Positions 16,223-25,392 of a stretch of DNA of 44,084 bases are shown here, in pieces. The DNA lies in the IMG/VR virus record IMGVR_UViG_3300012940_000012, positions 1 to 44,084 of that record. The stretch is one strand, 5' to 3'. The stretch is from a virus (taxonomy: Duplodnaviria; Caudoviricetes). The notes beneath the pieces are model-generated. The model saw only the letters and a list, made by a program, of their open reading frames with translations, did not search any database and was not told the DNA's origin. How positions within the stretch are numbered: the stretch's first letter is position 1; each line of letters opens with the position of its first letter. The translations under genes were made by a program, and so were the position numbers.

Positions 16223-16756
16223 CTAACCTCTTCTTGCAAGACTGAGGGCGAGGTTGCCGGCCGCGCCGGCGGCGTCACCCGCGGCGGCGATCAGCTTGCC
16301 CTTGCCGCTGAGCCGGATCTGCGCCGCCTTCGCCGTGCTGGACCCCGTGGCGAGCTCGGTCTCGAAATCGGCATCGCTGCGCAGCCCGCTCTCGATCGCA
16401 TCGCCCGAGCTCAGCGATACGCCAGAGCCGGCGAAGGCGACGCGCGTCGCGCCGATCTTCTGCAGCTCTTCGGTCTTGATGCGCGCCGCTTCCTCGCGCG
16501 ACTGCAGGTCGACCTGCGCCGCCTGCAGCTGCGCCTCCTGGTTGCTCATTTGTCCGCCGGCGAGCGAGCTCAGCACCGATCCCGCCGTCATCACGCCGGA
16601 AATAACCGAGAGCGCCGTCGAGCCGATGCCGGCCCACGACGCCGCGGCGCCTGCAGCTGCGGCGCCGCCTGCGATCGCCGTGCCGGCCGCGGCAGCGCCG
16701 CCTGCCGCCGCCGTGCTGCCACCGAGAAGCGCGAACGCTCCGATTGCGAGTTCCAT
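16223..16756 (-). CDS. Small internal virion protein (T7 gp14-like position)
   Basis: Ala/Gly-rich hydrophobic N terminus, AFAGSGVSLSSG motif, synteny. Confidence 0.7.
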   Translation of the reverse strand: MELAIGAFALLGGSTAAAGGAAAAGTAIAGGAAAAGAAASWAGIGSTALSVISGVMTAGSVLSSLAGGQMSNQEAQLQAAQVDLQSREEAARIKTEELQKIGATRVAFAGSGVSLSSGDAIESGLRSDADFETELATGSSTAKAAQIRLSGKGKLIAAAGDAAGAAGNLALSLARRG

Positions 16757-16760
16757 TGCA

Positions 16761-19385
16761 TCACCCCCTGAAAGCCAGCTCGGTGCGCACGGCGATGATC
16801 TCGACCGGCGCCGGCTTGGATTGCGACAGCTCCCAGGTCGGATGCTTCGACCAGCCGCGCAGGTTCTGCATCGTGATGGTGCCGCTGAACAAACGCTCGA
16901 GCAGCGGCAGGTCCATCTCGCCGCCCGTCTGGAAAGGTCCGCCGTCGTACTGCTTGTCGCCGAGATACGTCACCGGCACCTCGCGCGCGGGGCCGCCGTT
17001 GACGGAAAGGTCGATCGGGCCGGTCGATTGCACCGTGATGCCCATTTCGTAGATGCGGCCCGGTGGCCGGAACGGCTGGCGTTCGTTGAGCTTGTCGCGT
17101 AGAGGCATCGGCGCGCTGCGCCATTCGGACTTTAGCCCGATGCTGACGTCGAGGCCGGCGACGTCGAGCTCGCACACGCCGCCGGTCGAGACCGTCAGCG
17201 GCCCCCACAGATCGCCGTCGACGTAGGCCCACACGTCCGCCTTGCCGGCGAGGTGCTTGAGCCCGGTCAGCGTCGACGTCGGTTCGGTGAATTCATAGGT
17301 GACGGTGGCATCGAGCACCGTGTCGGCATCGAAGCGCTCGAGGTAGAGATCGGCGCCGTCGGCTTCCGTCGACCGCTCGACGATCGCCCACATGTTGGCG
17401 TTGATGTCGACGCCGACGCTGCGGAATTTGCCGTCGGTATCCCAAGGGAAAAAGCCGATCACCTCTTGCGCGCGTTGCGTTGCGAGGTGCGCAATGGTGC
17501 CGTCCTCGTTCACCGTCAGGCCCATAGCCGGCTCGTCGGACTTGCGGGGCTCGCGCACGGCGAAGTCGATTGCGCGCGTGATCAGATCGGGCGCCAGCAC
17601 GTTCTTGGGATCGGCGACGTACTGCGCTTCGACCGCCGAGACGAGCACCAGCTCGCGCATCACGCGCGCGGGGCCTTCGCCGGCGCCGGGCTTGCGCTCG
17701 CCCGACTGCATGTAGAGCGTGGCGTCATCGAGAAACACGACAGGCACGGATGCCTCGACGCCCGGCCGCGCGGCGAGCTTCCAGCCGCGCGCCGTGGTGG
17801 CGTCCAGCTGCGGCACCGACTGGAACCACACGCCGCTTTCAGTCATCGCCTGCGTATGTTTGCCGACGAACAGGCGATAGATGGTTTCGTTCTGATCGCT
17901 TTCCAGCGTGTCGATGAAGGCGAGATCGGCCGTCATCGGATCGGCGGTCGTCTGCATGTCGTAAGGGTCGCCGGCGCGCGAGGAGACGACGCTGAGCGGG
18001 GCCGAACGGAACCCGCCCATGCGATGGCGCGACTGCTCGAACACGCCGCAGCGCGGCCAGCCGGTCCGCTTGGACGCGAAGACGCCGTCGGCGTCGATGC
18101 CGCGCTGCAGTACGTTGACAGTGGGATCGAGCACATCGTCCCCCAGCACCACCGCGAACGCAGGCGCCCATCGCCGTGCGCCGAGCGAGCCGGCAAACGT
18201 GATCTGCACCGTGCGCGTCGTGGCATCGGTCAGCACCACGGACGGGCTGGTCGACGCGAATGCGGGCAGTGCCGCCAGCGCGCTGGCAATGTCCGCGGCC
18301 AGCGAGCCGGTGCCGGAAAAGGCGATCGGTGCCGTCACCTCGTCGTCGACCCACAGCACGAACGACTGCCCGTTGACGATGCCGGCCAGCGAAACCGCCT
18401 GCACCTCGTTGGTGTCGCCGGCGAAGGCCGTGGCGGCGGTCAGCGTCGGCACATTGTCGAAGACGATGCCGGTATCGTTCCACTCGTTGTCCGAGCCCTG
18501 CCGTTGCACCACGCGGGTCCAGACGTCCTCGTGATAGAGGTGCAGCGTATCGAGCGACTGCGCCCACGTCATGCGCCGCACCTGCCGCGCGTCGATCGGC
18601 ACCGGGATCGCCGCGACCCAGCGATGATCCTTGAACACGTCGATGTTGCGATCGGTGAGAACGAGCTCGTATTTCGTGTCGGCCGCGCGCGCGAACATGA
18701 TCAGCCGGTCAGGCGAAAGCATACGCTTTTCCTTCCACAGCCGCACGCGCGAGATGGTGAAGGCGCCGGTGCCAGATGCGCCATAGAGCACGAAGCGGAT
18801 ATAACGCGTCGACACCGGAACGCCGCCGGGGCCGCCCGGCTGAAAGCCGAACCGGCGCGTGTGCCGTGCGCTCGAGCGCACGTTCTGGCGGTCGCCGAAC
18901 GCCAGCCAGTTGGCGCCGTCGTAGTATTCGACCGCCAGCGCATCGTCGGCGCCGCTCGATGCGCACTTGAAATCGGAGACGTCGACGAAAGCGAGGTTGA
19001 CCGCGGCGCCGAGGTCTATTTCGGCGAGCACGAACGTCGCCGCGCCGACGGCATTGGTGACGAAGTCGTCGGCGCTGGCAGCATCCTGCCCCACGAGCTT
19101 GGAGGCCGTGCCGCCGTTCGCGACCGTGACCATGCCGGCGGTGACGTTGATCGGCTCCAGGCGACGGCGCAGCCGCCGGTGCGTACCGGCGGCGATGATG
19201 TCGAGCCCCGGCGCAAATGTCGTCCCCGGCCGGCGCATCCATCCGCCCAGCTGGCGCACCGTGGTATTGCGGGCGACGCGGAAGCCGTTCCAGTAGTGCG
19301 TCAGGTCGATGCGCTCGCGCAGGCGGGCATCGAGCACGCCTTTCGTTCCCGCGTTGTGGAGCGTTGCTTTTCTCACGACTCCCAC
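16761..19385 (-). CDS. Tail nozzle / tail tubular protein B
   Basis: N-terminal G.LD..L..RIDL..Y, GGWMRRPGT, AQSLDTL, GWPRCGVF motifs; size and synteny. Confidence 0.88.
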   Translation of the reverse strand: MGVVRKATLHNAGTKGVLDARLRERIDLTHYWNGFRVARNTTVRQLGGWMRRPGTTFAPGLDIIAAGTHRRLRRRLEPINVTAGMVTVANGGTASKLVGQDAASADDFVTNAVGAATFVLAEIDLGAAVNLAFVDVSDFKCASSGADDALAVEYYDGANWLAFGDRQNVRSSARHTRRFGFQPGGPGGVPVSTRYIRFVLYGASGTGAFTISRVRLWKEKRMLSPDRLIMFARAADTKYELVLTDRNIDVFKDHRWVAAIPVPIDARQVRRMTWAQSLDTLHLYHEDVWTRVVQRQGSDNEWNDTGIVFDNVPTLTAATAFAGDTNEVQAVSLAGIVNGQSFVLWVDDEVTAPIAFSGTGSLAADIASALAALPAFASTSPSVVLTDATTRTVQITFAGSLGARRWAPAFAVVLGDDVLDPTVNVLQRGIDADGVFASKRTGWPRCGVFEQSRHRMGGFRSAPLSVVSSRAGDPYDMQTTADPMTADLAFIDTLESDQNETIYRLFVGKHTQAMTESGVWFQSVPQLDATTARGWKLAARPGVEASVPVVFLDDATLYMQSGERKPGAGEGPARVMRELVLVSAVEAQYVADPKNVLAPDLITRAIDFAVREPRKSDEPAMGLTVNEDGTIAHLATQRAQEVIGFFPWDTDGKFRSVGVDINANMWAIVERSTEADGADLYLERFDADTVLDATVTYEFTEPTSTLTGLKHLAGKADVWAYVDGDLWGPLTVSTGGVCELDVAGLDVSIGLKSEWRSAPMPLRDKLNERQPFRPPGRIYEMGITVQSTGPIDLSVNGGPAREVPVTYLGDKQYDGGPFQTGGEMDLPLLERLFSGTITMQNLRGWSKHPTWELSQSKPAPVEIIAVRTELAFRG

Positions 19386-19984
19386 CTCGCGCTAGTGAAC
19401 GGATCGCGGCCCATGTTGATGCGCGGCGACGGCTTCGATTGCGCGTCGAGGCCGAGGGCCTGGCCCATCAGTCCGCCGCGGCGGTCCTCTTGCGGCGTGC
19501 CGAATGCGCGCTGCTCCAGCCGTTCGGAAAGGGCGCTGTCCTCGCGCACGGAGAGGGCGAACCGCGCCTGCAGCGCCGTCTCGATCAGCGTCACGAAATA
19601 CGCCGGCCAGGTGTCCGGCGTGGAGCGCTTGTCCATCTTCAGCCAGAGCTGCTCGGCGTTGGTCTGGATGGTGCCGTCGTTGAGCTCGACGTCGGTGAAA
19701 GGCTGGCGGCCGTCGGCGCTGGCGTAGTAGGCGCGCGGCGCGCCGAGCATGTCGGCGGGGCGTTCATACTGGTAACGCCAATAGCGCAGCGGCGCGGCGT
19801 CGAGGCGCGGCAACTGACGCGTGACCGTGTTCCAGTGCCACGGGTTCATGCTCAGGCAATAGCCGACGATCGAATTAAAGGTGAGGATGTGAGTCTCGGC
19901 GCCGGCGGCGCTTTCCGACTGCAGCGGCTCGGCGCCGATCTGCACCAGCGACGTGTCGATCACTTCGATGCGGGAAAGGGCCAC
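19373..19984 (-). CDS. Tail adaptor / tail tubular protein A
   Basis: IGAEP, PWHW, YQYERPAD, F...IETAL..RFA motifs; ~200 aa before the nozzle. Confidence 0.85.
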   Translation of the reverse strand: MALSRIEVIDTSLVQIGAEPLQSESAAGAETHILTFNSIVGYCLSMNPWHWNTVTRQLPRLDAAPLRYWRYQYERPADMLGAPRAYYASADGRQPFTDVELNDGTIQTNAEQLWLKMDKRSTPDTWPAYFVTLIETALQARFALSVREDSALSERLEQRAFGTPQEDRRGGLMGQALGLDAQSKPSPRINMGRDPFTSARWES

Positions 19985-20069
19985 GGCGTTGCCTCTTCAG
20001 GTTCGGCGCCGGCGGGAGGGTGCCGCCGACGCCGCTAGCAGCGGGGGAGTGATTTGGGGGTGACCCGCG

Positions 20070-20273
20070 CTAGGTCTTGGTGTCTTCGCCTTTCGGCTCG
20101 GGCGCCTTGCCCTTCGCCAGTTCGAGCGCCGGCCCTTCGAGACCGGGCGCCGCCATGACAAAGCAGTCCTTGCCGCGGCGTTCGCAGCCCGGCGCCAGCG
20201 GGTCCTTGGGGTCGATATACGTGTCGTTGACGAAGACCGGCTTGAGCACCCGGTAGCGAACTTTCTCGGCCAT
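20070..20273 (-). CDS. Small hypothetical virion-module protein
   Basis: GAGGA RBS; YRVLKPVFVND motif; position after the capsid cement gene. Confidence 0.65.
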   Translation of the reverse strand: MAEKVRYRVLKPVFVNDTYIDPKDPLAPGCERRGKDCFVMAAPGLEGPALELAKGKAPEPKGEDTKT

Positions 20274-20332
20274 GTTGGCAATCCTCTAAGAGCGGCCGGC
20301 GGCGCCGCCGGTCATGCCGGCGGCGCTAACCG

Positions 20333-20749
20333 TCAGAGCGCGTCGGGCAATGCTTCCCAGCTTTTCGGCTCTTGATTGGTGAAGAAGGCGTCGACCTTCG
20401 CGGTAGGCGTCGTGCCGCCGAGCGTGTAGTAGGCCCGCAGGTAGCGCTCGTTCTGGTAGGGCACCGGGATCACGACCATCTTCCCGGCGGGGAACTCGGA
20501 CGCACCGGAAAAGGTCGGCGAGGCCGCGATCTTCGCGGCAGAAGCGAAGCCGGAGTTGTCGTCGGTCTCGATCTCGATCTTGATCGTCGGCGTCGTGCCG
20601 GCGAGCGCTTCGCGCACGGCAACGCACAGCCACAGCGGTTCGCCTGGTCCGATGTTGCGATCCGAGCCGAGGTCGATAACGTCGGTGGAAGCCGCGGAGG
20701 CAGTGAGAGCCTGCTCCGAAGAGACCTGCAGGCGCTTGTCGATATACAT
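20333..20749 (-). CDS. Capsid cement/decoration protein (Bbp16-like)
   Basis: MYIDKRL..S..QALTASAASTDVIDLG...ERYLRAYYT; AGGAGA RBS; follows the MCP. Confidence 0.85.
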   Translation of the reverse strand: MYIDKRLQVSSEQALTASAASTDVIDLGSDRNIGPGEPLWLCVAVREALAGTTPTIKIEIETDDNSGFASAAKIAASPTFSGASEFPAGKMVVIPVPYQNERYLRAYYTLGGTTPTAKVDAFFTNQEPKSWEALPDAL

Positions 20750-20808
20750 CGTGGTTTCTCCTGATGAAGGTAATGGCGGCGCGATGCGCGCCGCCTGATC
20801 GCCTGCCG

Positions 20809-21819
20809 TCAGCTGTTGGGAACGGTCGCTTCGGTGTTGAGGATGCTGTCGGTACGCAGCACCGGCACCTCGTCGAAGTGCACCACCTTTTTGCCCGCCA
20901 CCTGATCCATCGTCAGATTGACGTTCTTCGAGTTGCGGATCTGCCGGCGCAGATAGCTGCGGATGGTGCGATTGCAGAGGAAGGCTGGCCGGCCGGCCGT
21001 CAACGACGGCACGAGCTCCAGCGCCTGCGTCATCAGGTCTATGAGATCGGCACCGGAGGCGGCGTCCTTTTTCAGTGCCGTCACGTCGACGTTGGCGATG
21101 CGGACCACATACCGCCAATCGCGCACGGACAAGCCGGCATCCCACTTATAGTGCGAGCGGTAGGCTTCCATGCGGCCGCCGTTGCCGTCGACGTTCTCGA
21201 TCGTCACAGCGCCCTTGTCGGTCATGGAGAGGCCAGCCTTCGACCCTTTCGGATAGATGCCGTGCACCGAGTTCTCACCGAACACGGCGAGCCAGATCGA
21301 CGTGTTGGTCGAGCCGGCGCCACCGCCGTCGAGCACGTTGTCGCCGGATGCGGCGATCGACGGATTGCGATTGCTGAAGCGCGGCGCAAAACCGGTGAAG
21401 GCTTCGGGCGTCGTGCCCTCGTTGCCATAGACCAGCGTCCGCGAAGCCTTCTGCGCCATACCCTCGACGAACGCACGGTCCTCGCTGAGGCGGAACTCGG
21501 CCGTGTTGCCGTTGAGATCGGCGAGCGCCTTGTCGACTTCCGCGTAGGCTTCGAGCATGCCGCAGTTGTCGGTAATCTGCGTCGTGGTCGAGCGGCCGGG
21601 TTGAACGCCGCCGTAGAGCTTGCGCCAGGTCGGCTCGGGGATACCCGAGCGCGCCGTAGTGCGGTGGCCGGTGGGCAGGTTGCCTTCGATCCACGGAAGC
21701 ACCATGAGGATCTCTTCCGTGGTGTTCAGGATTTCCACGATCTTGGCGACGCTGCCGTTCGGATCGAGGCGCTTGGCGACATCCGCCAGCGTCGGGTTGG
21801 TCGTTGCGAGTACGGACAT
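20809..21819 (-). CDS. Major capsid protein
   Basis: TLADVAKR...IVEIL...LPWIEGN...WRKLYGGV...LEAYAEVD...GLSVRDWRYVVRIANVD, as in BPP-1/epsilon15-type MCPs; GAGGAGA RBS. Confidence 0.93.
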   Translation of the reverse strand: MSVLATTNPTLADVAKRLDPNGSVAKIVEILNTTEEILMVLPWIEGNLPTGHRTTARSGIPEPTWRKLYGGVQPGRSTTTQITDNCGMLEAYAEVDKALADLNGNTAEFRLSEDRAFVEGMAQKASRTLVYGNEGTTPEAFTGFAPRFSNRNPSIAASGDNVLDGGGAGSTNTSIWLAVFGENSVHGIYPKGSKAGLSMTDKGAVTIENVDGNGGRMEAYRSHYKWDAGLSVRDWRYVVRIANVDVTALKKDAASGADLIDLMTQALELVPSLTAGRPAFLCNRTIRSYLRRQIRNSKNVNLTMDQVAGKKVVHFDEVPVLRTDSILNTEATVPNS

Positions 21820-21900
21820 GGCTGGTGTCTCCTCAAAGCCGTTGATCCGCAGCCGATGCCGCGGGGGGTACGCAACGCCACTCGACTGAGACGCTTCACA

Positions 21901-22773
21901 TCACTGCTTGAACATCGACGGGTACATCGCGCGCATCGATCGCTCGTGATCGGTCAACTGGCGGCCGCCGCCGCTGCCGTTGCCCGGCTGCGCACCCTTC
22001 TCGCCGAGCGCGCCGAGGATGGCGTTGACGGCACCGATGCCTTCTGCGGTATCGAGCAGGCTGGAAATGAGAACGGCCTGAGCCTTCGACAGCACGCCGT
22101 TCGCTTCCAGCGTCTTGACGCCGGACGCGGTATCGTTCGCCAGTTTGGCGACGCGTGTCAGCTTGTCGGCATGGCTCAGGCCCTTCGGCTGCGACGCGAC
22201 CAGCTTTTCCATTTCCGCGGCTGGATCGGACACCTCGAGCAGCCCGGCCTTGTCGAGCTTTTCGTAGAAGCCGGGCACGATCGCGTTGAACGTCGCCTGG
22301 TCGAGCTTGAGCTCGTGCGCCGTCTCGCGCAGCACATCGATCACCTGGTTGTCTTTGTCGTTGAAGGCGCCGAACTTCTTGGTGAAGTCCTCGCTCAGCT
22401 CGAGCTTGTAGTCGGCCGCCTTCTCCGGCGGCTTCGGCCGGCCGAGAATGTCCGCCGTCAGCTTGTCGATCGTCTCCCGATCATTGGCGCCGCGAAGCGT
22501 CTCGGCGAGGCCTTCGGGATGGTACGGCGTCGGGGCATCGCGGCCCTTGAGATCCGAGAACAGCTTGTCGATCGTCTCGCGGTCATTGGCACCGCGATAG
22601 TTGTCGCCGAGGCCTTCGGGATAGTAGGCCTCTCCGGCTCCGGCTTCCTTTGCTGCCGCAGCAGCAGCTGCCGCGATGGCGCTGCCGCCACCGTCACCAG
22701 TGCCGCCGCCTCCGCCACCGCCGCCGGTGTCGCCTTCATACAAAAATTGCTGCCAGTGCCAGAACGTCCTCAT
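21901..22773 (-). CDS. Capsid scaffolding protein with an internal 34-aa duplication
   Basis: Gly-rich N terminus, PPEKAADYKL, AHELKLDQATF, terminal AMYPSM; lies just upstream of the MCP. Confidence 0.8.
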   Translation of the reverse strand: MRTFWHWQQFLYEGDTGGGGGGGGTGDGGGSAIAAAAAAAAKEAGAGEAYYPEGLGDNYRGANDRETIDKLFSDLKGRDAPTPYHPEGLAETLRGANDRETIDKLTADILGRPKPPEKAADYKLELSEDFTKKFGAFNDKDNQVIDVLRETAHELKLDQATFNAIVPGFYEKLDKAGLLEVSDPAAEMEKLVASQPKGLSHADKLTRVAKLANDTASGVKTLEANGVLSKAQAVLISSLLDTAEGIGAVNAILGALGEKGAQPGNGSGGGRQLTDHERSMRAMYPSMFKQ

Positions 22774-23153
22774 GCTTCACCCCCGGTAGGCTTGAGATCC
22801 TCGCCCTTGGCGACGCGCAACATGTCGAGGATCATGAAAACGACGTCGCGCTGTCCCTCACGGCGCGCCGCCAGAATTGCGGAATGATCGGCTGTTTTCG
22901 CGTTGCGCTCTTCCAGGCTTTGTGAGCGAAGCAGCGTCTTCTCGACGAGCAGCTTCAACGCGGCCTTTCCGGCCTTGCCCGAAAAGCACTTGCGCATAAT
23001 GGCCGCCTGGCGCTGCGCTTCCTCACGCAGCTTGCGGCTTTCCTCCTTGTTGACGAGTGCTGCCGTCTTGCCGGCGTTCTCGATGCCGTCCCAGCCACCG
23101 CCGAGCGCGTTCTGCATCAAGTCGTCGAGATTGAAATCGGCGCCGAGGTTCAT
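22770..23153 (-). CDS. Bbp19-like phage protein
   Basis: CFSGKAGKAALKLL...RREGQRDVV motif; between portal and scaffold. Confidence 0.7.
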   Translation of the reverse strand: MNLGADFNLDDLMQNALGGGWDGIENAGKTAALVNKEESRKLREEAQRQAAIMRKCFSGKAGKAALKLLVEKTLLRSQSLEERNAKTADHSAILAARREGQRDVVFMILDMLRVAKGEDLKPTGGEA

Positions 23154-24754
23154 GCCGCGGCCTCGCTCAGGTACTGCTGCGCAACGGACGATTGCTGCGG
23201 GGCGCCGGCGCCATTCTTCTGCGCCTCGATCATCTGCCGCGCGGCGCTTTCCAGCGCCGTGCGCATCTTGTCGAGATCGTCTTTGTTCGGCAGATGCTCT
23301 TCGGGAATGCCAAGGTTGCGGCCCATTTCTGGGATCGCCTCGGCCTTGGTGAGCATCATCGCCAGCTGCGGGCCGAACAGCATGGAGATGATCTGCGTAT
23401 AGTTCACCCACGCTTCGACCTTGTCGGAGCGCTGCGCCGCGGCCGCCGGTGCGGTGATCAGGCAGCGCGTGATGATCTGGTCGATGGTGATGCCCTTCGG
23501 CACGTGACCGAACTGGCCGAGGATGTCGCACGCGCGCTGCACGTACGGCACCACGAACTCCGGCCCGAGGCGTGCGCCGGTGCCGCCCTTGCGGCGCGCC
23601 CAGCGGCGCAGCTTGCCGGCAACTTCCGTCGCCGAGCGCACGGGGTCCTGTTCGTCCGGCAGCTCGTCATCGAGCAGCACGCGACGGATCTGGTCGCGCT
23701 CTTCCTGCTGGATGATGTGCGAAATGTTGAACTCCGCCGACGGCACCGGCAGGCGCGAGAGCGAGGCGAATTGCCCGCCCGTCTGCGATACCGCCCACAT
23801 GGCGCCCGGATCGAACACCGCTGTGTCGGGGTTGAACACGCTGTCGTTGCGGCGCAGCCAGATGCCGAGTATGGCGAACACGGCCGCCTTGAGCACCAGC
23901 TCGCGGCCTCGGTTGGCCGTCTTGACGAATGGCAGGGCGAGGTGCCCGAGCCCGCGCCCGAAGCGCTCGCCCGGCATCTTGAACATGCGCGCGACCGACC
24001 ACGGCGAGACGTTGAAATCCTCGTGCCAGACGACTTTGTCGAGATCCTCGTCGCGATCGGTCCAGACGTCGAACAGCCAGCTGTCGGTGCGCGGATCGTA
24101 ATGCGTGTACTGCGTCACCTGCAGCGTCTCGCGCGGCGTCTGCTCGATCGCGCGCTTGATCAGGTCGGAGAATTTTCCGTTCGGCCACAGCGCCGGCAGG
24201 TCGCGGAAGCGATAGGCCCGCTTCCAGTAGATGTCCCAGGTCTCGCCCCAGGGGCCGTCCTCGATCGCCAGCTCGATAATCGGGGCGGCGGCCGCGTTGA
24301 TGATCGTGCGCGCGTTGCCCTTGGCCGTGTACATCGCGCACGTGCCGGCGAAGTAGTCGTAGAAGCACTCCAGCGCCGTCAGCTGCGGGCGCGCGGAGAT
24401 CGCATGCACCCGTTGGGTGATCTTGCTGTAAGCGAGATTGATTTCGTCTCGGTTGGTCTCTTCGGGCAGGAACGGGCCGGCCTCGAGCTTGAAGAACTCG
24501 CGGTTCATCGGCATCCAATCCTCTTGGATGGTGCCGGCGAAATTTGCCGCCGCGGAAATGCCGGTGGCGTCGAAGATGTAATCGGCGATCGAGGCGCCTT
24601 CCGACTGCCCGCCACCGCCCGGCGCGCGGTCGATCGTCGTCTGCCGCCACGGCATCATGTAGCGGTAGATCGACTGCAGCTCGCGGTGATAGGGCTGCGC
24701 CTTCATAAAGGCGTCAGCACAATCGGCTCGCATTTCTTTGGCGGCGCGTTCCAA
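23150..24754 (-). CDS. Portal (head-tail connector)
   Basis: 534 aa; IFDATG, PWSVAR...GERFGRG, SATEV motifs of T7/BPP-1-type portals. Confidence 0.92.
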   Translation of the reverse strand: MERAAKEMRADCADAFMKAQPYHRELQSIYRYMMPWRQTTIDRAPGGGGQSEGASIADYIFDATGISAAANFAGTIQEDWMPMNREFFKLEAGPFLPEETNRDEINLAYSKITQRVHAISARPQLTALECFYDYFAGTCAMYTAKGNARTIINAAAAPIIELAIEDGPWGETWDIYWKRAYRFRDLPALWPNGKFSDLIKRAIEQTPRETLQVTQYTHYDPRTDSWLFDVWTDRDEDLDKVVWHEDFNVSPWSVARMFKMPGERFGRGLGHLALPFVKTANRGRELVLKAAVFAILGIWLRRNDSVFNPDTAVFDPGAMWAVSQTGGQFASLSRLPVPSAEFNISHIIQQEERDQIRRVLLDDELPDEQDPVRSATEVAGKLRRWARRKGGTGARLGPEFVVPYVQRACDILGQFGHVPKGITIDQIITRCLITAPAAAAQRSDKVEAWVNYTQIISMLFGPQLAMMLTKAEAIPEMGRNLGIPEEHLPNKDDLDKMRTALESAARQMIEAQKNGAGAPQQSSVAQQYLSEAAA

Positions 24755-24758
24755 TGGC

Positions 24759-24980
24759 CTACCCGAGCGCTTTCTTCAGCTGATCGTCGATGAAGGCGAG
24801 CAGGCCGCGGTTGGACGAGCGCGCCTTGCGCTGGCCTTCCTCGGCCGCGGCGAGATCGCTTTCCTTTTTGTCGAGCGCGGCGTCCTGCTTGGCGATGGAC
24901 TTGGCCTGCGCCTCGTAGAGCGCATCGGAGCTATCGTCGCCGCCGAAGATCTTGCCGATGCTTTTCGTCACCTGGCTCAC
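24759..24980 (-). CDS. Small hypothetical protein upstream of the portal
   Basis: GTG start after GGAGG; helical; synteny with podovirus pre-portal genes. Confidence 0.6.
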   Translation of the reverse strand: MSQVTKSIGKIFGGDDSSDALYEAQAKSIAKQDAALDKKESDLAAAEEGQRKARSSNRGLLAFIDDQLKKALG

Positions 24981-25392
24981 TTACGAACCTCCACTGCTGC
25001 CACCCGGCGCCGGTGCCGGTCGGATGGAACCCGAGGGCGCGCGCCAGGCGCTCGCCTTGCGGGTTGTCGTCACGCACCCAACACACGAGGCCCGCAGGCC
25101 GCAGACTGTCGGCAGCCACGAGCAGGCGACGGGAGAGGGCGCACACGCCAACCAGCTTGCGACCCAGACCGCCCGCCGGCGCGAGAAAGAAAATCTCCCC
25201 CGGCAGGCCGCTGACGATGTCGAGACAGCCGACGATCGCGAGCGGGGCGCCCCCTTCGGCCTCGCGCAGGACGTAGGCCTCGGCGACCACGATCTGCGCG
25301 ATGATCGATTTGTACTGCAGCCGCGGCAGTGGAAACCCGTAGGCGATGGCCCACGCCATGACGTCCGCGACCTGTGCGGGCTCGATGATCAT
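24931..25392 (-). CDS. GNAT-like acetyltransferase-fold protein
   Basis: TGATG coupling to terL; CWVRDDNPQGERLARALGF resembles GNAT motif B. Confidence 0.6.
   Translation of the reverse strand: MIIEPAQVADVMAWAIAYGFPLPRLQYKSIIAQIVVAEAYVLREAEGGAPLAIVGCLDIVSGLPGEIFFLAPAGGLGRKLVGVCALSRRLLVAADSLRPAGLVCWVRDDNPQGERLARALGFHPTGTGAGWQQWRFVSEPGDEKHRQDLRRRR

Noticed and set aside
20302-20326. GC hairpin after the capsid cement gene as a terminator
   Set aside because: Good stem but no U-tract on either strand; at most an mRNA stability element
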